DNA from: Antechinus flavipes
Lineage: Eukaryota
Reading direction: 5' to 3'
DNA: 63,852 nt
Assembly (NCBI RefSeq): GCF_016432865.1
Contig: NC_067400.1
Coordinates: 616,652,149 to 616,716,000 of the forward strand
Under the pieces are notes generated by a model. The model was given only the letters and a program-made list of their open reading frames with translations, was not told the origin of the DNA and ran no database searches. This document shows, one piece after another, positions 1 to 13,933 of the stretch. Made by a program: the position numbers and the translations under genes. Position 1 is the stretch's first letter; each line of letters begins with the position of its first letter.

Positions 1-205
1 ACACACAGACTCTCACACATACACACACATACACACACACAGACTCTCACACACACAGACTCTCACACACACACACTCACACATACACACTCACACACAC
101 ACAGATTCTCACACACACACACAGACTCTCACACATACACACACACTGACTCTCACACACACATACACACTCACACATACACACACACTCACACACACAC
201 AGACT

Positions 206-242
<37 letters not shown>
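1..242. repeat. Compound (CA)n / CACACT / CACAGACTCT microsatellite in DMPK intron 4 (left end truncated by window)
   Basis: Visible directly as interrupted AC dinucleotide runs; explains the CV-rich ORF 77..328(-). Confidence 0.95.
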
Positions 243-246
<4 letters not shown>

Positions 247-344
247 CTTTCCCATCCCCCAGCGTCTCTCTTGGTCTCTGCATCAAGCGGAGCGGTGGAG
301 GGGAGCTTTCATAGTCAGTGACTCTCAAACCTCCCTCCCCCTAG

Positions 345-4966
<4,622 letters not shown>

Positions 4967-5412
4967 GCCCTAGATTTGTCCCCGATGAACCCAGGTGTCC
5001 TGGGAGGGGAAGCCGTGGTCCGAGTGCGCAATCCGTTTGCGCCTCCCCTGGACTCAGCGTCCGGCCCCATCCCCGTGATCCGGACCCGTCTCCGGGGGCT
5101 CCGGCGGTGTCAGGAGAGGGAATCAAGGGGGGGAGGGGGACGCGGCCCGTGCTGGGCTGCCCCTCCCACAACAAACACTGGCCCTCACTTCAGGGACCCC
5201 ACGCCAACACGCACCACGCGCCACGCGCGCCCGGGGCCCCCTCCGCCTCCCTCACAGCTCGCTGCCCGGCTTGATATTTATTGAAACCCACTCCCCAACT
5301 GCACCAGCCGGAAGCCGGGGGTCCCCGAGGGGCAGTGGCTGAGCTGTCCCGTGTCCGCCCCCCTTCTCTATTTATGCACTGAGATCCCGATCCCTGGTAT
5401 TTATTGTCGCCT

Positions 5413-5418
5413 AATAAA
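5413..5418 (+). terminator. DMPK polyadenylation signal AATAAA
   Basis: AATAAA preceded by GGTATTTATTGTC (5396-5408) and ATGCACTGAGA (from 5374), like the recalled human DMPK 3' end. Confidence 0.85.
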
Positions 5419-6087
5419 AGCCTCTTGGTCTCCTCGGCGCAGGCCTGGTCCTTACACTCCACCCCCACCTCCCGCCCCATCCTAGGCCGGGTCCGACCGA
5501 GCAATGAGGGAGAGGGGAGGGAAGTCCCCTCTAAGGGGTCCAGACCAGCGCTACGGCTCTTCCAAGTGGAGATTCGCTCCAGAACGGCGGGCTTCAGAGG
5601 CTCGGAGAGCAAAGGGTTAAGGGCGGGAGCAGCTCCACGCAGGCGCCGCGGAGCTCCTAAGTTAGAGAAAACTTTCTTCCCCCAAGTTTTTCCTAGGTTG
5701 GAAAGGAGCGAGGGAGGCGGGGCCCGTGACGAACCACGGGCGGGAGAGGGCGGGACTAGGGTCCCAAGGAAGAAGCTGACCAGGCCCAGAGCCCCGCCCT
5801 GCCCTCCCCGCTCGGGGAAGAGGGGTGCAGGAGCAGTGTCCCAGACTCGGCGAGACCACGCGGGGAAGCCCGACGGGGAGGGCTCCGGGGGGACGCCCCC
5901 CGGGAGGAGGGGTGCCCAGGGGAGGGGGCGGTGTCGCGGGCGGAAGGAGGTGCCCCGGAGGGGGAAGGGCAGGGGAGGCGGGGCCCCGGCTGGGCCGGGC
6001 TGGGGGAGAGGGCTGGAAGAGGAGGGGGTCGGGGGGAAGTCCGAGGGAGGGAAGGAAAGGGGGAGGAACTTCCCAAAGTTGCAAAAC

Positions 6088-9000
6088 ATGGCTACCTTCC
6101 GTGCAGAGCCGAGCGCGGGCCCGGCGGGTGGCGGGGAGGCTGCGGCTACGGCCGGGGCTGAGGACGAGGAGGAAGAGGAGGAGGAGGAGGAGGAAGAAGA
6201 GGGGGAGACGGAGGCGGACGAGCAGACGGCGCGGCGGCTCCTGCAAACCCTGCAGGCGGCCGAGGGCGAGGCGGCGGCGGCCGCGGAGGGCGCGGGGGCC
6301 CCTCTGGAGCCGCCGCCCCCCGCTACGGCCGCGCCGGCTCCGGGCCCCGGCGGCGCCCCCGGCGGTGGGCTGCGCTTCTCGGCCGAGCAGGTGTCGTGCG
6401 TGTGCGAGGCCCTGCTGCAGGCGGGCCACGCGGGCCGCCTGGGCCGCTTCCTGGGCGCGCTGCCGCCCGCCGAGTGCCTACGTGGCGGCAGCGACGCGCT
6501 GCTGCGCGCCCAGGCGCTCGTGGCCTTCCAGCGCGGAGACTTCGCCGAGCTGTACCGGCTGCTGGAGAGCCGGCCCTTCCCCGCGGCGCACCACGCCTTC
6601 CTGCAGGACCTCTACCTGCGCGCCCGCTACCGCGAGGCCGAGCGCGCCCGGGGCCGCGCGCTGGGCGCCGTGGACAAGTACCGACTGCGCAAGAAGTTCC
6701 CGCTGCCCAAGACCATCTGGGACGGCGAGGAGACGGTGTACTGCTTCAAGGAGCGCTCGCGGGCCGCGCTCAAGGCCTGCTACCGGGGCAACCGCTACCC
6801 CGCGCCCGACGAGAAGCGCCGCCTCGCCGCGCTCACCGGCCTCTCGCTCACGCAGGTCAGCAACTGGTTCAAGAACCGACGCCAGCGCGATCGGACGGGC
6901 GGCCCGGGCCCCGGCGGGAGCGGGAGCGGGAGCGGGGCGGCGGCAGCAGCAGCAGCGGCGCCCGGCAGGAGGTGAGCGCCCCGGGGGCTGCCTTGAGCTC
7001 GCGCCCCCCCTCCTCCTAAGCAGTCGGACACACCCTCTCCTCCTACTCCCCCCCAGCACCAGACTGCTGCAGCTCCTCCTAAAGCCCCCTTTTTTCCCGG
7101 GATTGCTGCAGCCCCGCCCCCCAGCTGGGCACGCCCCCTCCTCCTGAGGGTCTCATCTCCTGGATTGCTGCAGCCCCCTGAAGGCTGGACACGCCCCCTC
7201 CCCTAATGCCCCTTAACACCAGACTGCTGCAGCTTCTAAAGCCCCATTTTTTCCTGGGATTGCTGCAGCCCTCCCCCCCCAGACTGGGCACGCCCCCTTA
7301 GCGCCCCCTACTACAGCTCCTCTTCAAACCCACTTAGTTCCTGGAATTGCTGCAGCTGACCCCCCCAAGACGATAGGCCCCTCCTCCCCTTAGCCCCTGG
7401 GATTGCTCCTCCCCGCTGGGCCCGGCCCCTTCGAGCCCCCCTTTAATGGCAGCCTGCTGCAGCCCCCCGCTCTGCGGGCTCTCTTTGCTGCCTGGGACCC
7501 TGGGGGGGGAGGGGGGAGGGATTGCAGGAAGAAGGGGCTGGGCTGGCCACATGCTGGAGCCTGGCTTTTTGTTGTGAAATGTGACCCCTCCTCGCCTGTA
7601 AGCCGAGCCTCTGCCCTCCCACCCCAGTGCACGTGGAGTCCCCCGCTGGGCTTCCTCCTGGGGAGCCGAGTTCCGGCTCCTCCCTGCCGCACCCCTGCCC
7701 CCCTGCAGTCCGGCTGAGAAGGTGGGGGGTGGGTTCAGAGAGCGCGCTTTGGGCACTTGGAGCAGCCTCCCCTCCGCCGTTAGTGACCGGACCCGCCTCC
7801 GGCTAAGTCCCCAGAAAGCTCAGCTTCCCCGTCTCTTTTCTCTGGGCAGTGAGTCGGACGGGAACCCCAGCACAGAAGACGAGTCCAGCCACGGAGCCGA
7901 GGACCTGGACGCGGGGGCGGCCCCGGGGGGCGCGGAGGTGCCGGCTCCTGGTTCCGTGTTCCTGGCGGGGCCGGCGGCTCCTTCGGGTCCCCCGGGCACG
8001 GCCCCCATCCTGCTCAATGGCAGCTTCCTGACGGCGGCCAGCTCCCCGGCTGTGCTGCTCAACGGGGGCTCCGTCATCATTAACGGGCTGGCTCTGGGGG
8101 AGGCCCCCGGCCTGGCCCCGCTCCTGCTCACGGGGGCTGCTGGAGGTGGGGGGCCTGCCCCCTCCAGCCCCCAGCCCCCCGCTGCACTCCCCTCCCTGCT
8201 CCAAGTTCCCCAGTCTGGCGACCTGAAGGCTGAAGATGCCCAGCCTGGAGAGGGGGGCTCCAAAGGGAACCAGGCATCTGGGGAGGAAGCCCCTCCCCTC
8301 CAGGGGCTGTCCCTCTCCCAAGTGGTCCCGGGCCCGCAGCCAGCGGCCCCCTTCCCTCCTGCCGTGGTGACCTCTGCGGGGCCCGGGCCCCAGGTGGTCC
8401 CACTGTCACCCCCAGGCCAAGTGGCCCCCATGCCAGCCCCCCAGGTGGTCCCACTCTCTCCATCAGGCCCCGTCTACCCCGGGGCCTCCCCCTTGGTCTC
8501 CCTTCCCCAAGTGGTGCCCACCTCCCAGGTGGTGACTCTGCCCCAAGGCGTGGGGTCCCTCCAGCTGCTGACTGGGCCCACCAGCCCCGTCAAGGTGGCG
8601 GCAGCCACAGGGGCCGCCCTGGGCCAGGCCAACGTTCACCTCATCAACCCGGGAATGGGGGTCGCAGCCTTGCAGTTGCCCACGGCCGCCCCAGGTAAAC
8701 ATGCTGACCCTTTCCCGGGCCCCAGGCTGGCAGCCAGCGGAGCCCCCAGATACCTCCCGAAAGGCCCGTTGCCACTTGCAGACTCCCGCCCCAGACCCTG
8801 TGCTCTGAGGAGGGGATGGGCTGGGGCGGTCACCCCCCTTTCTCCAGGCTCTGGGTTCCGCAGCCCCTTTTTCCTTCCCGCGGCTCACACGAGCTGCTTC
8901 TAGCCAGAAGGCACATACGGGACCCCGCCTTCCTGTGGTGCCCTCCTAATTCTGGGCCCGTGGCGGCCCCACACTGACCGGGCCAAGGCCCGCGTCCCCC

Positions 9001-9682
9001 CCGTCGGGTTTCTCAGTATTTCACCATGGCCCGTGAGGGCAGCGTGGAGGGGCGGGGCTTGGTGGGGGCGGCTGCTGCAGGGTGGGCAGACCCCTCCGTC
9101 TCACTCTCCTCTCCCCTTCCCCGGACAGGGAACTTCCTCTTGGCAAACCCAGTTTCCAGCAGCCCCATCGTGACGGGAATGACGCTTCAGCAGGGCAAGA
9201 TCATCCTGACTGCCACCTTCCCGGCCAGCATGCTGGTCTCGCAGGCCCTGCCGCCCACTGCCGCCAGCCTGGCGCTGCCCGTCAAACAGGAAGCCCCGGC
9301 TCCGGTGGCCGAGGGGCCGGCCCTGGCCACGGTGGCCCCCGGCCCGCCCCTCCCCACCCTCTCGGCCCAGCCCCAGGTGTCGGTGGCTCCAGTGGCAGCT
9401 GGCCCGGCCTTCTCTCCCGACTCCTCCGGCCTCCTGAGCAGCGTCCCCATCCCCACCGCCCCTTGGCCCGGGGGCCTGGAGTTGGGGGTGGGAACTGAGG
9501 GGCTCTTTGAGATGGAGAAAGGGCTAGGAACGCCTGCCCCCCACTCCCTCCTGAGGCTGCCTGATGGGGAGGGCCTCCTGTTGGGGGGCCCGGGGGCTGA
9601 GGAGGGAGATGAACTGGAGCCCGAGGACAAGGTCTTGACCCAGCTCCAGTCGGTGCCCGTGGAGGAGCCGCTGGAGCTGTGA
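6088..9682 (+). CDS. SIX5: Homeobox protein SIX5, 760 aa
   Basis: Exons 6088-6971, 7850-8694, 9129-9682 (2283 nt, phases 2 and 1). Start [15 protein letters not shown] domain ([15 protein letters not shown]...), homeodomain [11 protein letters not shown]...[14 protein letters not shown]-terminus [15 protein letters not shown]. Confidence 0.97.
7057..7465 (+). repeat. Degenerate array with 7 exact TGCTGCAGC copies in SIX5 intron 1
   Basis: Copies start at 7065, 7104, 7166, 7225, 7261, 7348, 7455; 7057-7140 is approximately duplicated at 7217-7297. Confidence 0.9.
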
Positions 9683-10242
9683 CTGGATCTAGACGTTTAT
9701 GCTTTCCCCCACTCCACAAATGAGGTGCTTTGAAGACTGAAGTGTCCTTCCCCAGGGGGCGAGGGGAGGGGGCCCGGGCCCACCACAAACGCTACCCAAT
9801 TAACACTAATTCGCCCCTCCCCTTTGGGGGCTGTGGCTCCCCCGGGGGCCCTCGGAAGTAGCTGGGGAGCGGAGGTCTCGGCTTGTTACAGCCCCTCCCT
9901 GCCCACCTGGAGCCATTCTTGGGGGGACTGCACACCCATCCCTGTCAAATCCGGTACTGGCTGTGAATTGTCTATGGAAAAACACTATGGCCCCTGGGCC
10001 CACCCTCCCAAGGACCCAAATGGGGGGGGAGGGACTGGGCCCGGGGCTCACCCAATGCACTCGACTCCTAAGTAGCCAACAGCATCTGGGTGGCGGCATC
10101 GAGGGCCCCACAGACCCTCCTGAACCCCAGACCAAAGAGGCTTCCTCCCTGCCCCTCCCCAGGAGGGCGTGACCTTCCCACCCTCGGTTTGTACCTTCCC
10201 AAATCTTTATATTTTTCTAGGACATGTTACTGCCTCAATTTC

Positions 10243-10248
10243 AATAAA
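10243..10248 (+). terminator. SIX5 polyadenylation signal AATAAA
   Basis: AATAAA ~560 nt after the SIX5 stop, preceded by a U-rich stretch. Confidence 0.75.
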
Positions 10249-10486
10249 GCCGACCAGAAATGCAGGGGGGCCTGTGGTCCTGGTCAGCACTCCCCAGGGG
10301 CCTTCCTCAAACCCCACACCTCTCACTTCCTCCCTGAGGAAAGTGTGGCCTTCGGGGCCTGACCCCCGGGGCTGGAGGGCCCTCCCATGGAGCCTGGGGG
10401 GGTGCCCGGATCAGGGGCAGCTCTTGTCCCTCGCCACGCCAGAATGACCCAGCATCCTCCAGGGAAAGTCCAAGAACAAGAGTGAT

Positions 10487-10492
10487 TTTATT
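10487..10492 (-). terminator. MEIOSIN polyadenylation signal (AATAAA on minus strand)
   Basis: TTTATT on plus strand ~280 nt beyond the MEIOSIN stop at 10772. Confidence 0.7.
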
Positions 10493-10771
10493 TTGAGAAC
10501 AGCCGATAATCTATAAATATAACTGGGGCGGGGGAGGGGAGCGAGAGCACAATTGGGTTTTCAACATTTGATCCCCGAGGGTCAGACTGAGGAAAGGGGG
10601 GCTGACTTTGCTGCCCTCTGGCCCAGGGCACCCTCTGCCCTCCCCCACCCATGGGCTCAGAGGCCAACAACTCCCCAGCAGACGGGCAGGGGGAGGCCCA
10701 GGAAGAGGGGAGAGCTGCGTGCCCCCCCATTGGCCCTGCCGAGGTCAGAGTGGGGGGGGGCGGGCCCTGCC

Positions 10772-13700
10772 TCACACAGACTCCAGGCTGTCAGGGAGGG
10801 GGTCCCCCAGGGGGGATCCCATGCAGGCCAGGCCTGGGCAGCACAGGGCCTTCTCGGCCAGCAGCAAGTGGAATGGCTTAGGGGACAAACGGTCGTCCTC
10901 CTCGCTGGAACAGTCCTGCCGGACAATCCGGTTGTGCTGGCGGCTGAACTTCCGGGCCTTGATGCTGGGGGACGGGTCACCAGCGGGGAGGGGGGTGAGA
11001 GGCAGAAGGGAGGTGTGGCCACAGCGGGGAGTCAGCCCCCCAAAAAACTTCCCAGGGCACCCCAGCCTGGCCAGTCCCTTGGGGGCTTTCACTGTGACCT
11101 GGGCATCAGGGCTTTGGGACTTGGAGCTCAAGGGGGCACTAAGCCCAGAGGGTCCCTGTCCCCTCAGCTGCCAGTCCCGCCCACCCCGCCCTCCCTCTTA
11201 CCAGTAGGGCCTCCTCTCCTGCTTGGTCATCACCCGCCACAAGTGTGCCAGCTCTTTGGTGGCCGCGGTGGATGCAGTGCCAGGGCAGGCTCTGCCAGAG
11301 GAAGAGGAGGATGGGGTGAGAACAGAGAAGCAGCTGGGCCAGGTGCAGGGGGCTCTGCCTGGGTCCACTTGGGGAAGACCCCTTTTAGGGCTGTTTTCCC
11401 ACTTGACTTTCCCTGTTCTAAGGTCCCTCTTGGCTCTGATGTCCCCTATGTAGGCCCTTCTCAGCCCTGACATCTCCTGTGGGGCCTCTTGGCCCTGACG
11501 TCCCCTGTTCTAAGGCTCTTCCTGGCTCTGACCTTCGGGGTCTGAAGGTTTAAGGGTCTCCCTCACTCTGAGGCTGTACAGCTGGCCAGACTCTCCAGTA
11601 TCCCCTCCTCTATAAAAGCCCTGAGGAGGGGGAGGGACTCGGGGGCCTTCGCCCCAACCACCCGTTCCGCCGGGCCCGGAGTCTCCCCTTGGGTCCTTGC
11701 GCAGTGTATGATGCCTACAAGTCGGGCAGGAATAGCCCCTCAGAGGGGCAGCCGGGAGCTGGTGTCCACCATTCGTTGACCTCGGCCAGGTCACTTCATG
11801 GAGGCCGGTCCCTAGCCAGACGGCCCGGGGCGGCCGGCCTTCGGCGAGCAGAGAGCGGGCTCGGCCCCGCGGGAGGGCTGGGTCGGGGCGCCCGAGGGGC
11901 CGCGCCACGCACCCACCGGATGTACTGCTTGCGGTTGAGCCGGCAGAACATGATGAAGCCGTTGACGCACTTCTTCTTCAGCTGGAAAGGGCAGTGCGCC
12001 TTCTTGCTCTCCTTGTGCCTCCCGGAGCCGCTGCTGCTGCTGCTGCTGCCGCTGGCGCGGCTCCGCTTCCGCTTCCTCCCGAAGGTGGGCAGGGGCGAGG
12101 CCCGCTTGGTGGGGGTCCAGGTGCAGTCGCTGTCCTCGTCGCTGGAGGACAGGAAGCCGTCTGGGGTGGGCTGGGAGGCCTGGGGCGGGGGCAAAGGGCT
12201 TAGTCCGGACCCTGCCTGCCCAGTGCCCAGCAGCGGGCGCCTCCGAGGTGATCTCGCCTGGGGCGGGAACCTGGACTCAGGGAGCGCACGGCCTCTGAGA
12301 AGTGGAGGGGTCACTGGGCGGGGAGGGGGAGGCCGTGTGCCAAGGCCCATCCCCCTCGGAAATGAGGGACTGTGGGCTGCTCTCGAGGCCCTCCCGGCTT
12401 TCCCGTTCGGAGACACAGGGAACTCCTTGGCGCCCCCAGAGAGCTGCCCCCCAAATCTCTGCCTGCCTCATCGGTAAAACGGGGCACCCCTCTCCCCTCC
12501 CAGGGTGGCTGTCGGGCTGCCGTGGGCCTGGCCCAGAGGAGGGCCTCTATCAAGGGGAGCTCCCGCTCTCACACAGGCTGACTTTTCAGGCCCCTTGCCA
12601 GCCCCTCCAGCCAGCTCCAGGTGGCCAAGCCCCCTCGAACAGGACACCGAGTGTCGGGGGGCTTCCCACACTCGATCTCACCTCCTGCCGTCTGTTCCAC
12701 AGGGACACGAGCTCGGTCACCCCGGAGCTGGGGCTGGAGTCAGTCTTGCTGGTCTCGCTCAGGGAGAGGTAGCAGTGGTCAAGGGAGAACGCCGACTGGA
12801 AGAGGTCGAGGGAGTGGGGAGGGCCCGCAGGGGCCGAGGGGGCTGGGTCCTGGGCAGGAGAGAGGGAGCGGAATGGCGGCCAGCCTCCCAGCCCCGGCCT
12901 CCTGCTCTGCGGCGGCAGCCGGCCCCCTGGGGCCGCACCCATTTGTTCTGGGCCCCCCGGGACTCCCCAGCCCGGACTGCTTGACCTTGGGGCTCCGGCT
13001 TCTCCCCAAACCGTAAGGGGGGGAGTGGGGCTGGGGCTGGGCGGTTTTACACGACCAGGAGGCCATTGGGAAGCGAAGGAAGGGGATGGAGCAGGGAGAG
13101 GCTTCCGAGCCCGCTACCTTCTTCTGCGGGGTGCCGGCCAGGCTGTCCAAGCAAGCGGAGGACTGCGGGCTCAGGCACACGTCTTCAAAGAGAGCTGTGA
13201 GTAGAGAGAGGCAGGGGTCAGGAAGCCCCCCGAAGGCCTCCTGGCCCCCAGCCCGCAGCATCGGTACTGGGACGTCACCTTGGGTAAGGCTCTCGGCGCC
13301 CTCCTGAAGCAGCTTCCCGGGCAGCAGTCGGCCCGGAGAGGTGAAGAGTGAGGGGCTGAGACCGAGCTCCTCGCCAGGTCGGCCAGCTCCAGGCCAGCTC
13401 CTCGTCCTGGGAGAATCCACCAAGGGGCTCCCTGGAAAGCAGACCGGCAAGCTGAGCCACAGATGCGCCCTGACACCGACAGACTTTTCCATGAACCCCA
13501 AGGTCGGTGGAACCCCAAGAAGGATGACAGGTGCCCAGAAAAAACCCCTCCTGCCCTAAGAGTTTTCAGTTCAGCCTTGACTCGAGAATGATGAAAAAGG
13601 GCCTTGCCCTCTCTCGGCCCTCAGTGAGGGGTCAGATCAGGGGGTTTCCCAAGTGCCACCATCCTTGATCTCCTCCATATACCCTGAGGCCCCTGCCAGC

Positions 13701-13933
13701 AAGGATGCCCCAACATCTGTTAGCATCTAGGATCGGGGACCACAACCTGCTTCTGATTTTGAGCACCCGGCCTGGGCCCAGGCTCCAGGGTCAGAAGAAG
13801 GGAGGCCAGAGAGGCTGGCTCTTGCTCACCCTGGGGGCTGCCCTCGGGGGGCCAGGCTGAGAGCCAAGGCCCCGTGTCCACTGCCTCCTCCTCTTCCTCC
13901 TCCTCACAGGAGTCATAGAACACCAGCTCCTGC
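10772..13933 (-). CDS. MEIOSIN: MEIOSIN 3' exons including HMG box
   Basis: Seven exons with consistent phases: [119 protein letters not shown]. Confidence 0.93.

Noticed and set aside
77-328. Cys/Val-rich 83-aa ORF
   Set aside because: Translation of the CA microsatellite.
5321-5340. CTCF-like sequence in the DMPK 3'UTR (human has CTCF sites flanking the CTG)
   Set aside because: Only a partial match by eye in GC-rich DNA; needs a PWM scan.
5662-7147. Several long overlapping ORFs across SIX5 exon 1
   Set aside because: Alternative-frame and antisense products of very GC-rich sequence; low complexity.
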